From Geosiphon pyriformis uo1 (lineage: Eukaryota; Fungi; Glomeromycota), in contig JAAOMT010000503.1 in the NCBI GenBank assembly GCA_016748015.1, forward strand, positions 1 to 64,000: 64,000 bases of DNA, in the 5' to 3' direction. A model generated the notes under the pieces. The model searched no databases and had not been told where the DNA came from. It worked only from the letters and a program-made list of their open reading frames with translations. Below, one piece after another: positions 51,145-64,000 of the stretch (position 1 is the first letter of the stretch; the number at the start of each line of letters is the position of its first letter). The translations under genes were made by a program, and so were the position numbers.

Positions 51145-53384
51145 TTACAAGCCCGGAGCGGCTATAGAGAACTTTGAAATATCTTCATTAGGATGTTCAA
51201 ACGCGTATTTTTTCATCCGATCTTCTATTTCTTTTCTAAAATGTCGAATTAGACCTTGGACAGGCCATGCTGCAGCATCGCCCAAGGCTTCAAGTGAAAA
51301 TAGTGTCCGGAAGATTAGCTTTCTCAAGTAATTGATCATTTTTGAAATCAAAATTATCCAGATTAAAATTTCGACTAACCACAAATAGTGTGCCCTTCAA
51401 TTTGTTTCGTCAATTCCTCAATCATATCAATCTCTCGTGGGAAAGCGTATCCTTTTTCAAAGCGAGACATGATATTCATTAACCATGTAGTTCCTTCTCG
51501 GCAAGGTGTGCACTGCCCACAACTTTCATGCTTATAAAAAGCAGATAAACGAGAAATCGCGGCAACGATATCTGTTGATTTATCCATCACAATAACGGCA
51601 GCAGTTCCCAATCCAGATTGAACATCTCGTAGAGCATCGAAATCCATCCTTTGGAAAAAAGTCAAAGTAAGGTTAAGAAATTGATAATGTAATGAGAAGA
51701 AGAATAGTAATAGGATTGAAAAATCTAAATACAAAACGTCATCACAGATGTGTTTAGGGAGAACAGGAACAGAAGATCCACCAGGTATAATGCCAAGTAA
51801 GTTATCCCATCCACCAAGAACTCCTCCACAATGCCGTTCGATAAGTTCCCGTAAGGGGATGCTCATTTCCTCTTCGAGGGGGAAAGAACAACGTTGATGA
51901 AGAACAGATATTTAAGACGAAATTTCAGTATTCGATAGAAAAACTAACCAACTAACCTTCGACAGTGCATGGATTATTAACATGGCCGGATATGCAAAAT
52001 AATTTCGTTCCAGCGTTCTTTTCCCGACCAAAACTTGCAAACCATGAACCACCACTGTTTAAAATCAGGTTTTAGGATTTAGATAAATCAAATTTTACGT
52101 TTTAAGGAGTGAATCAACATCATGGCATGATATTATACCGTCGACAAATGGTGGGCGCGACGGCGACAGTTTCTACGTTAGTGACCGTAGTCGGACAACC
52201 AAATAAGCCAACGTCGGCCGGGAAAGGAGGTTTTAATCTAGGTTTGCCTTGTTTACCTTCGAGTGATTCGATCAATGCTGTTTCTTCGCCACATATGTAA
52301 GCTCCGGCACCTCGATGAAGATAAATGTCAAAATCATAACCGGTATCGCAAGCATTTTTCCCAATAAGGCCAGCTAAAATAAAAGTTGATATTTTTCCAA
52401 TTATTGATTAAGCAAAAAAAAAATTAAAGTTCAAAATTTAAAAAAAAAAGAAGGCAAACCTTCATATGCCTCATTAATCGCTTCTTGCATGTTCGAAGCT
52501 TCATTATAGAATTCACCTCGAATATAAATGTAAGCTATTTGAGAAGAAATTGAGAGAGGGAGGAAGGGATGGATGGATGGATGGATGAATGAATGAATAA
52601 ATATAGTGTATATATGATTTTAGAAGCCTGAGCAATGACAATTATGGCAACCAAATTTACCAGCACTGGCATGCATTGCCCTCCCAGCTATCAGGCAACC
52701 TTCAACAAGTTTATGAGGATCTCCACGCATTATCTCACGATCTTTACAAGTTCCAGGTTCCCCTTCGTCAGCATTGATTACAAGATAACGAGGCCTATTG
52801 AAAAAAAAATAGGTCAGATGTTTAATGGGAAAATGATTTAAAGAAAATCGATGATTCAAAAATGCTTTGAAAGTTTTTGATCTCACCGTCCATCAGGGGG
52901 TTTATTCATAAAGCTCCATTTTAGACCGGTAGGAAATCCGGCACCACCACGTCCTCGTAAACCAGAGGCTTTCATCTCTTGCAGAATCCATTCGTGGCCT
53001 TTCAATAATATCTCCTTTGTTTTGTACCAATCACCACGTTTTAACGCGCCCTTTAACCGAAAGTCATGACGTGAATAGAGATTAGTGAAGATACGGTCTT
53101 CGTCTTTAAGATTACCATAGGTACGTGTGGTGGAGGGTGGGTTGTGAACAGTTGCAAAAGTAGCTCTTGGTCTTATAATAATTGGTTTTATTATATTCAG
53201 TAACGGCCTCCGACGCGTTGTTTGCAGTGTGATTTCTGTAAAGTGACGGATCAAATTAGTTTTTCATGAAGATCCGTGGGATTTTCAAAAAGTTATTTTT
53301 GGATGAACAGAGATTAGTGAAAGGTCGAGTTGAATTTTTTTTTAAAAAAAACTTACTTTTAATTAATTCTTGATTCTTTAGCAT
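51145..53384 (-). CDS. NDUFV1: NADH:ubiquinone oxidoreductase 51-kDa flavoprotein subunit (multi-exon)
   Basis: [77 protein letters not shown]; exon 1 MLKNQELIK at 53384 followed by GTAAGT. Confidence 0.97.
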
Positions 53385-53864
53385 TTTAAGCAAAGCTCTT
53401 TTGTGGGAAAAGAATAGAAAATAGAAAGTAAAGAGTAGGAATTATAAAAGGCAGGTGTTTTAAGAAATTATCGACGATGAGAAAGACAGCCGATCGATTT
53501 TCCGAACAAAAATTTGTAATCAAATCACATGTATATGTTTTAATTTTAGTGGTTAATTAGTTTTTTTTATTAAAAATAGATTTTTTTTATGATTAAATAA
53601 ATAAATAATGAATGAATGAATGAATGAAATAAGGGATAAAAATGAATTCAATTTAATATTTAAATTTATAAAAAAGTAACAAAAAATGTATATATATATA
53701 TATATATAAAGAAAAATATTTATTTAAATGCTTTCACACATGCAACACAGAAATATTAGATAATAAAAATAGCTTACGCGCTTCTACATGTGATCAGCCA
53801 GCAAAAACCAACTAAGAAAAAAAATATATATAATTTAAAAAATGGTTAATATTTAAAAGCAATT

Positions 53865-53867
53865 ATA

Positions 53868-53915
<48 letters not shown>
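53865..53915. repeat. (TAT)n microsatellite
   Basis: Direct reading. Confidence 0.9.
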
Positions 53916-54149
53916 GGTTTTATTTGAATCATAAAAATAAATTCTTTTATTATATATAATAATGAATTGAAGTTATGAATAAATTTTATTTCAATTAATT
54001 TATTATCTATTAAAAATTTTAAAATAAATGAACCATTTGATTTTTTTAATAAATTTTCAAAAGTTAAGAAATGACTTTAAAAGGTGTTTATCCCGATCTT
54101 TAAAGCTATAGCGTCTCATTTGTAGACTTATTATCATGCATGTCCTTCC

Positions 54150-54275
54150 ATAATCCAACCATCCATTCATTCATTCATCCATCTATCCATTCATCCATCC
54201 ATCCATCCATCCATTCATCCATTCATCCATTCATCCATTTATCCATTCATCCATTCATCCACACATCCATACATT
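54150..54275. repeat. (TCCA/TTCA)n tetranucleotide repeat
   Basis: Direct reading. Confidence 0.9.
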
Positions 54276-54624
54276 CCAATTTCTTTTAACTTTGTTTGGC
54301 AGTAGACCAAATACTCTTCAATGAGTTTAGCGTAGCAAGTAAGAATAAGGGGAAAAATAATCTTAGGTTTACCACCATTAAAAACGATATCTATCACGAG
54401 AAAATAATCCCTAAACTATCGATTTTAATTCAAAGGTCTTCAACATTCACGATGAGCCAAACTAGAATGAATATCATTAAATTTATGAGTTATATATTAC
54501 ACGTGATACCTAATTTATTAGATCAACTCGTAAAAATAAAAATCAAACAAACACACTACTATTACAAATTCACATTCTATTGTTTTAGTTATCCTATTAT
54601 TTCAGTGATATTGAAAATATTCTG

Positions 54625-54660
54625 ATTATTATTATTATTCTAATTATTATTATTATTCTA

Positions 54661-54754
<94 letters not shown>
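54625..54754. repeat. (ATT)n microsatellite
   Basis: Direct reading. Confidence 0.95.
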
Positions 54755-54755
<1 letters not shown>

Positions 54756-55282
54756 AGAGTTTTATTACGAATTGTGTGTCATAAATTTTATTATTACTTT
54801 CCAATTTAATCACGATTTATTATTAATTTTTCTTTAAATATATTTATAAAGTACTTTTTTTAAATTAATCTTTTCATTAATCCATGTTACTTTATAAATA
54901 TTATCGAACCCTCCTTTGAAAATCTTTGAAATTATAAGTTTGCATAAACTATGCATAAATTAATTTTAATATGTAAAAAGCTTTAATTTAAACATTAAAT
55001 AATCTATAATATATATTTTCATTTAACCCAACCACGCAAACGCATTTTCTTAAAGATACGGTTTTTATGTACCATTTTGGGAACTTTGAAATGAAATTAT
55101 AAATTTCAATTCATGGATAAAAACCTTTTTTTCTATTTAATCTTTGACAAAAGATTCTATCCCACTTTATTAAAACTTATTAAAATATTAGATCTTAAAA
55201 ACTCTACCGTGAAATTTTGGCTTTAATAATTCAGTTTTTACTTTAGGAAAAGAATTAATTCCAAGAATCACGTTTGAAGGAA

Positions 55283-56845
55283 TTATGAAGGTAGAGGGTA
55301 GAATTGTCTGCAATTAGCAAATCTGGTACCTAGGTAGGGTCCCCAGTGAGCTAATTGAGCATCCTCAAGTGAGGTATCAGCTGAAAGACTACATTCCTGT
55401 AAATAAAATAAAATAAAATTAAAAATTAAAACCTAATTAAGGGTTTCTCCATTGATTAAAAAATTTAATAGAAAAGATCAAATACATACTGTACTCTCAT
55501 CAGCATATAATGAGATATCTCCTATAAAACCGGGACATTCATAAAGCTTAAAAGTATCGGTTTCTAATGCGAGTGTACGACATTCACAATTATTTTCAGT
55601 AATCCAATATTCCCTTTCATGATGACCAAATCGTTGACCTTTTGTTTTCTTTGGCAAATGAACAAATGGATCATTTTCATTGGTAACTCGATAAACTTCC
55701 AAAGCTCCATTAACCAATCTGGCAAAGGGTAAATTACCGACTCGTGGTTGACCAAAAGTAACAACTTTGAATTTTAAATTGTATTTTCTTGACTTTTTTT
55801 TCAACTCAAATAACAAAGATTGGTTGGTCACAATTTTCATTGCTAAAAGTATTGCGTATACTTTTAATTTTAAAAAATCATAGATTAATCTCTTTTATAG
55901 ATGAAAAAATTTTGACTTTACAAAAGCTTTGAAATCGAAATCGGAAAAAATAACTTACCACCACCGACTCCATGTCCGGTAAAAATTATATTAATCTCAT
56001 TTTTAGTTATATTACTTAGTTTTTCGGCAATCACATCTACAGTCTTTGTCCAAATAATTGGTTTATTTATGACCGAATACCAATTTTTTTCAACCATTGC
56101 CTGATCATTGCCCCATTTCGTAAAGCCAAAACTTATTTTCCCAAAAGTTATTGGTTCTATAATTGATATGATTTTAGAAAAAATAAAATAATAATAAAAA
56201 ATAAAAAATAGGAAAATGAAGAATCAAATTGTCCACAAATGGGAATACCTCGAAAAAATACCACAACATCAAAGGATACCTCATCTATAACAGCATCTCC
56301 TAAAAGAAAATGTTAATATTAAAAATCGACTAAAATAAATAACTGCCAAAAATTTTTGATTTGATAAATTATTTACCTTGAAATCTATTTTCAAGTTCAT
56401 CCTTTTCATAATCTGCGTTCACTTCATCTTTACCGTTTTCATCCACATCGATTTTATCATCTCTGCCAATTGCATTTAAATCATAACAATAAGGCATGTT
56501 GGCGATATGAGCTGTTCGCTTTAAAAAATCCAATTTTAATGAATCCTCGATGAGAATTTTATTAGGATCTCTCATATCATTCATGGCAAATTTCACTAAA
56601 TCTCTTTTATTTTGAAACTTTTCAAATGAGCCTGAACTCGTTTTCGTTTTATCCGATACTGCAAATTTTTTCCATTTAAAAAATTTTTGGATTTTTAAGA
56701 GAAATTGACTTCTAATTGATTCGTCCTCATGAGGACTCAAGAAAAAAGTCAAAAGGATTAAAATGAATATTGAAACTAGCCACCAAGAGTTTCGGTAACT
56801 TCTATGAAAAGAATAAAATCTAAGAATATTTTGAGCTCTATACAT
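55283..56845 (-). CDS. Class 3 lipase-like alpha/beta hydrolase with N-terminal transmembrane anchor; nucleophile Ser replaced by Gly
   Basis: FTGHGVGG, VTFGQPRVGN, YRVTNENDPFVHLP, HHEREYWI, AHWGPY; hydrophobic WWLVSIFILILLTFFL; GT-AG introns. Confidence 0.82.
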
Positions 56846-57532
56846 ATTTCAGGATTTTAAAAAAAAAAAAAATTTCATCAGATTAAATCAGATCAAAAAA
56901 GTTATTCATCAATTTGAACAGATTGTTTGTTCCTTTATTTCCTAAAAGAAATTCTTATAATCTTAAAAATATCATGATCAACTCACAATTAGTTAAGAAT
57001 ATATATATTATTTTTATTTATTAAAATATTAATTGTTTTGAACTCGGCGAATTCTTTACTACTAAATATTTTATTTGGTTAGCAAGAGTTTCAGATAAGT
57101 TATTTTTTTCTTATAACGAATAAAGTATAATCAAGAGATTTCAATTTATTTTGTTTAAGTTTTCTTTATAATCAATAACAGATATTATTTTCATATTTAT
57201 AATAACCTTTTTTGTCATATGAATCTCATTAATTAAATTCCTTTTAGGAGTTTTTTTTCTGTCCAATATTACTTTTTTAAAAAAAAAAATTTATGGTGCA
57301 AAGACGAAAGAATCATTTATAATAATTTAAAAGGTTTTTCTAATTAATAATTCAATATCTTTTGTATTTATTATTATTTTTTTCTATTAATTTTAAAGCA
57401 AATGTGTTTTTTTCAGATACCAATTATATCAAAATATAAAATCTTATTATTTAATCATTTGTTAATTAAATCTAATTTGAATAAAGTTAAAATAAGATAA
57501 TATAAATAGTAATACTTGATTTATATTATAAA

Positions 57533-57571
<39 letters not shown>

Positions 57572-57767
57572 TAATTAATTAATTTGGAAAATATATTTAA
57601 GAATTAAAGTTAATATTTCAGTTACAATAAAAAATTCACTGAGAAATTTTAAAAAATTTTTTGCATAAAATGTTTTTTTTTTAATTAATATATTATTATA
57701 ATAAATACAAATTTCTACATTTCAATATATATATATGTGCATAAATAGAATTTACGAATAAAAAAAA

Positions 57768-57809
<42 letters not shown>

Positions 57810-57913
57810 ATTTTATTAAATCCATTTTGATATCTATTATTTTCTCTTGTTGCACATTTCTTTAAAATAAAAAAATACTAAAAAGACTCTTGATTAATTC
57901 AATAGATAATTGA

Positions 57914-59575
57914 TTGGTGTACTTTATATCATTTATGATTAAGTGCCACTCAAAATCTGGCATCATCATGCATAAAACATGTAACGTGAGACCCAAACAA
58001 TTCAAAAAAATCCCCATGCCACCTTTTTCCTTCTCTGACCGTCCCGCCTTGGCGAACTACCCAAAGAACGCTCCCATACCAAATGCAGCCACTTGTTTAC
58101 CGACTGAGTGTCTTACCCAAATAATCGAAAATTTTACAAGAAACGATTTTGCCTCTCTTCATACCGCACTTTTAGTTAATCGACACTGGTGTAAGGTAGC
58201 TGTGATTTATCTATGGCAGGCCCCATTAACAATAGAAAATCTTGCTTTAAGACGTCAAGAGAGACTGATTTCCGCTTATATCAAGTCTCTTAATGATGAT
58301 GAAAAACGACAGTTGATTGAAGAGAGTAAACTATCTCTACCAGAAAATTTAGGTGTTGGGAAGTCTACTACATTTAATTACGCTTCCTTTTTACGAGACC
58401 TGGATATGGAAAAGCTATATAAATCGATCGAATTTTGGTGGGAGGAATTGCACAAGTTCGAGGAAAAAGTGGAGGATGGTGCCTCTACTACCCTTACACG
58501 ATGTATTCCACAATCTACCCATAGAGTCAAGACCTATTATTACAATAGTAGTAGTAGTAGTAATGACGAAACCAGTGAAAGTGAGAATGAAAGCGAAATT
58601 GAAAGTGAAGGTGCTGGAGATGAGTCTCTCGCTCATTCCCATGACTATGAAGATCAAAATGAACAAACATCGCATTCACGACATACCCACTCTCCAACTG
58701 GTAAAACTCTGGAAGAGATACAGGAAGACCGAGATAGAATTCAGCAAAAACGAGAACGAGATCGTGCTTTTCACGAAATAAAATCTAAACAAACTCGTTT
58801 AATAATGTTGGCGCTATGGCGACTTTTTTATCGATCGGCACAAATACATAGTTTTCGTTTTAATACTACCTGCGGTTTATTTCCTTCATATTTTCGTATG
58901 TCTTCCATGTTGATACCCTCGACCCACCCACCAAATACGAAAGAATCAATGTTTTTTAGACGCATTCAAACTCTAGAGATGGGTGAACGTACCCCGGAAG
59001 GGATGTTTAAATTGATTGCTGAACATAATTCCCAAGAAATTCAAACGATGAATGTTAAATTTCCAGTCACTGATGGAGGAGTCACTGATTTCGCAAAATT
59101 GGTCTCTATTCAACGTGCCCTTGCTCGTCTATCGCTGCACGGCTCTAACGGTGGTATGCGACAAATTGTTGATGCTTTAAAGCATCAATTATCTTCATTG
59201 GTCCGTGTAGATTTTTACAAGACACATATCACCCAATCATTATTGGTGGAACTTGGTCGAGCACCAAATTTATCAATCGTAGTGTTTGATCGATGTCGTG
59301 CTTGTTTCTTGCCGCATTGGAGACCAATGCCGAACAAGTTTGCATGGAAGTCATTAGAGAAATTAGTTGCTGTTGAAACTGATCTTCCTGATGAAATTTT
59401 GAAAAACATTATTGAGAGTGCACGGAATACTTTGGTTGGATTATGGGTAAAAACACATGAGGGAAGATTTGGTCAGATCAACCAGAATATCATGAATTAT
59501 GCCCGATCACTATGTACAAATATATCCAGTGATCCGGAATTGCAGCCTAGATTGCAAAGGTTGAATTTTGATTAA
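57914..59575 (+). CDS. F-box/LRR-like protein, intronless (true start probably a downstream ATG, e.g. 58016)
   Basis: LPTECLTQIIE..LHTALLVNRHWCKVAVIYLW F-box; TTFNYASFLRDLD; C-terminal leucine-rich repeats; 553-codon ORF. Confidence 0.85.
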   Translation: MVYFISFMIKCHSKSGIIMHKTCNVRPKQFKKIPMPPFSFSDRPALANYPKNAPIPNAATCLPTECLTQIIENFTRNDFASLHTALLVNRHWCKVAVIYLWQAPLTIENLALRRQERLISAYIKSLNDDEKRQLIEESKLSLPENLGVGKSTTFNYASFLRDLDMEKLYKSIEFWWEELHKFEEKVEDGASTTLTRCIPQSTHRVKTYYYNSSSSSNDETSESENESEIESEGAGDESLAHSHDYEDQNEQTSHSRHTHSPTGKTLEEIQEDRDRIQQKRERDRAFHEIKSKQTRLIMLALWRLFYRSAQIHSFRFNTTCGLFPSYFRMSSMLIPSTHPPNTKESMFFRRIQTLEMGERTPEGMFKLIAEHNSQEIQTMNVKFPVTDGGVTDFAKLVSIQRALARLSLHGSNGGMRQIVDALKHQLSSLVRVDFYKTHITQSLLVELGRAPNLSIVVFDRCRACFLPHWRPMPNKFAWKSLEKLVAVETDLPDEILKNIIESARNTLVGLWVKTHEGRFGQINQNIMNYARSLCTNISSDPELQPRLQRLNFD

Positions 59576-61319
59576 GTAGCATTTAAGGTGGATTAAAAAT
59601 ATGTATGATCATGCAATCATTGTAGTGGATCAAAAATTACCAATTTTGGACAATTGGATTGATTATAGTTTTTAATTTAATATTTGTTGTCACTTGTACA
59701 ATAATACCGAGGCTTTATATATACATATATATATATATATTTGAAAATAATTCAACGAATAATACACGGTTGTATTTAATTCACTCCTTTGAATTTTTTA
59801 GAAAAACATGTATAAGAATTAAGGTGCTGTTTTCCTCAATTTCATAAAGAAACTTTCTAATGATCGAAACAGATGCTTTTTTTTCAAAAATTTAATTAGG
59901 CAGCTAGAAGAAATACTATAATTAGATTGAAAGATGGGAAACATGCTTGCTTTTGGAATATTACTATTTGTTTTTTATTAGCAACCATTTTCAATAATGT
60001 CTTGTCAGTTTTTTTTTTTACATGTGCCTTTGATTAAAGATGATATTTCAATAGGTTGTAATTAATGTAATAATTAATTATTGTTGCAATTTCAAAATTA
60101 TATAAACACAATTAATTACAATCTATATAATACTATTTATTAAATTTGTAATTCTTTTTTTTCTTTCAATTTATTTTTTATTTTTGGTTATATTATTTTT
60201 AAATTTTAATGTTTTTAATTCTTTTGATAAAATTATTTTTAAGATAAGTATTTTTTTTTTTCAAATTTTTTATTATTTTTCGAACTTTTTAACATCTGAA
60301 TTTTTTTTTTAATTAAAAATTTAGTCAAAAAAAAAGTTTTTATATATTGTTTGTTTTATATTTATTGGTAAAAAAAATTAAAAATTTTATCAATTGTTTA
60401 AATTATTTAAGACCAAGTCTATTAATAACTTTAAAATCAAAAATATAATTAACAAATATATAAATATTTTTTGTAATTAATTAAAATTTAAAAAAAATTT
60501 CTTTAAATTATAAATAATAATATTGTTTTAAACTTTGTTAAAATTAAGTTAAAAGTTAATAAAATTATCATAAAATAAATATAAAAGCACAAAATACTTA
60601 AATTTATATTTAATATTTATTAAGTTTTAAAAATAATATAATCAGTTTTTTTTTAATAAGTATTTAATTTGTAAAAAAAATTTTAAGCTTAAAAAAAAAA
60701 ATAATTAAATTATTATAATTTTTAAGTTTTATTATAAAAAAAAAAGTTTTTATTAATGCTTAATTAATCTAATTAAGACAACAACAAAAAAAATTGTTTA
60801 ATTTAAATTTCTATTTTTGTTGTTGGTTTTATAATTAAAAATATTTAAAAAAAATGAAAAAAATTTAATTTGTTTTGTTTTGTAAAATATAAAAAAAACT
60901 TATAATTTTTTTATTAATAAATATTTAATAAATATAGTTTAATTACTATTTAGTATATATAAACAAAAATAAATATTTATAATTAAATATAACTTACATA
61001 TTTATTATATATAATTAGATATTTAAACTAATTAAAACTATATTATACATTTATTTTAATATTTATTCTATTATTTAAATTAAAAAAAAAACATATATTT
61101 ACTATATAAACCAAAATTTATTGCAAAAACTTTAATAATATTAAGCATATAAATTACTTTATCAAATAAACTACTAAATAAATCAGGTAAATTATCAAAA
61201 ATAAAGAGATTATTACTAATTAAATTTTTTTTTATTGTAATTTTATATTTAAATCTATATAATTACATTTTTTTATAATCTATTATTAATTATACAATGA
61301 AAGCTTGGAGTTGTTAAAG

Positions 61320-64000
61320 AGATAGTCTTCTTTATCCTTTTTTCCTTTTGTTCCTTTCATTATTTCTTCAAACGTATCTCTATTTGTGCATATGGATCTA
61401 GTGGGCTTTTCTGCTGGCACTTCGAGTTTGAATTTGGCTGGGTTGGAGTTCTGGTCTGACAGCAAAAAAATTAAAGCACGCATTGAGAGTATATACTCGC
61501 ATAGTCTTTCATACAAGAAAATGAAGTTGCCTGGTGTCTCTGGTAGTGTTGTGAACTCATTGGATGGCCTACTCTCGGTGGGTATACTACATGGTGATGG
61601 TGTTGGGCTGCAGAGATCTTGGGGAAGTGAGATAGATAGTGAGAAAGTAGGTGTTAGTGAAGTGTTAGATGCCAAGAATTTGGAAAACATAGTTGCTAAA
61701 GAGACAAGTTACATGGATCCCAACACTTCCGAGATTGATGAAATAGAAGACGATGCAACTCTTAGAAAAATGCAAACAAGAACATTTGTTTTGGAATGGC
61801 CACCAAAGACAATTTTTTTCGCAAGCATGAGTGACAATGATACTGAATTGGTGTTTCCTAGAGCTAATTTGCTAGATCCAATTGGCTGCCGCCTGTGATT
61901 TCATGTGTTTTAGAACATCACACCTTTGAACCAGTTAAATTGTTCATCTTGGATGTAGAGTTGTCAAATGTGTCTGGAAAGACTAATAGTAATAAGCTGA
62001 TTTCAATTAAAAAAATTTTTTATCGAGTGGATGGTTTTGGAGGAGCTTCTACTTCCTCAAAGTTTTCTGAGATCATTAGATCCTTTTTTACTTTTGAAAT
62101 CAGTTTGAATAAGGCTAGAGAATTGACTGTCAATAGGAAGATTTTAGTTAATGATAATCTGAGAAAAGCAAATATTTGTTTGAATCAGAAGATAATTGTT
62201 AAGGAGATTCTGGTTAATCTTTTGAAAGTGGCTGTGGAATCAGTTTTTTCCAAATTTGGCAAGATTATTTCAATCAAAATGCAGCTTATTGGCTTGTGGC
62301 AAAAAGCTTTAGTGGAGTTTGATTCATCGGAAATAACTAGCTCAGTTGCGTCTATGTGATCTGTTCTTATGGATAAGGATTTGGTTCATGTGGCATTGGT
62401 TGTTGAAGATAAACAAATATGAGTATCAAAGGATCAGCATTGAGCCTTGCTTTATATACTGCCTGTGGGAACCACGGCTCATGATCTTTCTGATTTACTA
62501 ATGTCTTATAATAAAAAGACGTGCTTCATTGGTTACAATCCAAATTCATATGTTTGTAATAAGTGTGCAGTTGTTTGTTTTGAAAATAAGGCTGCCAAGT
62601 TGGCTGCAACTGGTTCAGTCCCAGTTTTTAGGGGTGTGAATTTGTGCTGGACTGGTCTTTCTTTGGCTTGTTGTGCAATTTGCAAGCATTTTGGTTATGT
62701 TGGTGGTGATTGTTTAGTGGGTGAGAATTCTGGCAGTCATAGGAGACGAGTGGTAACTGATTAGGATCGTGTTTGTTTGGCTGGGATTTATAAGAAGAAA
62801 TTGGTTTCTGTTGCTCATCTGGTTTCTTTTGGTGGCAAAACATGGACCCAAATTGCTGGTGGCTCTTCCTCTTATGTGGTGTCTTCAGGTCTTCATGGTG
62901 CTGATGCATCCTCTGGTGCAAAGGTCCTCTTGATAGATTTTTTTTCTCGTGATGTTTCTGGTCTAAATGACCATTTGGCAGTATTGGAATGCTCCTTAGA
63001 GCTTTTGGCTGATCAAGTCTCTGACATTCTGAAAAGATTGAGTGGTGTTGAGTTGGTGCCATTGGCAGCCTTCTCCCATGTCTTTCCATTGAAGGTTTCT
63101 GCATTTGATGTTCTAATTTCTGGTTTGAATATGGCTGTAGACACTTCATTGCCCTCTTCCAACTCTTCTCATCTGGTTTCTGATGGCCCTATTGCTGAGC
63201 TTGGCCCAAGTAGTTCAAAGATTCTGACCTCTAAGATCAGTGGTCTGGAATCTAAGTTGTTAGCTTTGGAAGCATCAGTTGGTTCTGTGTTGGCAAAATT
63301 GGATCTCTTGTGTTCTGGTTCAGGTTTGGTTGTATCTTCTTCCTCTTAATAATTGAGTTGGTCTGGAAATTTGCTACATGCAACGTTTGGGGTATCAATG
63401 TTCCTGTAAAACAAGCAGATGTTGTTTGCTGACATGTGAATTCTGGGAATATGGTGTTTTTTATTACTGAGACCAAGTTGAGATCTTCTATTGGTTCATG
63501 GATCAAAAATGAATATGATGGTGTTCGTATCTTCATTTCTGGTTTGGAGGTTGGTTTTCTTAGCACTGGTGTTGCCATTATCATGAACAATTCTTTGGCT
63601 TGTTATGTTTCTAAGATTGAGGAGGTGCCTGGCCAGATTGTTGTGGTACGGCTTTTGTTTAAAAACAAGCTTTCGGTTTCTGTTGTTGGTTTGTATGCTG
63701 GTGCCTCTCCCAGTGTCCGTTTTGGTCAGGCTTCTGAGGTTAACTCTTTTATTCCTAAGGCTGCTAATTCTAGCACTTTTGTCATTCTGGGCAGGAACTT
63801 CAATGAAAATAGATCTGGGAGGAGTGCAAGCTTCAAGTTCTGCTCGAGTTTGGGTTTGGTTAATTCGTTCGCTGGTCATTTTTTAGTTGGGGCTCCTACA
63901 TAAAATAATTCTAGAGGGGTTGAGAAAACTATTGATTTCATTTTTGTCAGTGAAAATTTAGCTTCTGCTGTTGCTAACCATGGGTTGAGCTCTGTCTCAG
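61320..64000 (+). mobile_element. LINE, copy D (variant ORF1 N-terminus): ORF1 61392-63349 and the start of ORF2 (APE); runs off the window
   Basis: KKIFYRVDGFGGASTSSKF, IKMQLIGLWQKALVEF, CAICKHFGYVGGDC, SKILTSKISGLESKL; ORF2 LVWKFATCNV..TETKL..LLFKNKLSVSVVGLYAG..NFNE..TIDFIF. Confidence 0.9.

Noticed and set aside
52883-53254. TTG-initiated N-terminus of NDUFV1 from the ORF track
   Set aside because: The TTG lies inside intron 1; an ATG exon at 53384 with a GTAAGT donor fits better
54296-54625. 109-aa ORF between microsatellites
   Set aside because: No recognisable motif; TTG start and AT-biased composition
28700-56845. U12-type introns in host genes
   Set aside because: No GTATCCTT or ATATCCTT donors at the intron boundaries I could place
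60000-61280. Very AT-rich tract (also 23550-24400 and 36100-37100)
   Set aside because: Probably relic repeats, but I could not assign homology by eye
62628-63879. Minus-strand ORFs over LINE copy D (and similar ones over copies A and C)
   Set aside because: Antisense shadows with no conserved motifs; not shared between copies

Overview
AT-rich eukaryotic (fungal) genomic window with a two-compartment layout. Long blocks of nested retroelements and extremely AT-rich relics alternate with short gene islands carrying small GT-AG introns. The gene and transposon families look like those of Glomeromycotina (Geosiphon-like); this is my inference, not a database result. Retroelements: a dUTPase-carrying Ty3/Gypsy element (1-5936, with an assembly gap); at least four copies of an APE-RT-RNaseH LINE family in different states of decay; a nested truncated Gypsy with extra LTRs; a solo LTR with a 4-bp TSD; and a ~2.3-kb ORF1-only retroposon that ends in the LINE 3' tail (HAL1-like non-autonomous partner), with a second heavily mutated relic of it. 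Host genes: RRP14/SURF6, an ATG38/NRBF2-like gene, an HST3/4-like sirtuin, the complex I 51-kDa subunit (NDUFV1), a class 3 lipase-like protein lacking the catalytic serine, and an intronless F-box/LRR gene. Most notable: the LINE/ORF1-only partner system with a shared 3' stem-loop, a pervasive repeat-restricted C>T/G>A hypermutation gradient not limited to CpG, three LTR insertions that all fall in LINE ORF1, and an unexplained structured CpG-rich island at ~34.3-35.0 kb.
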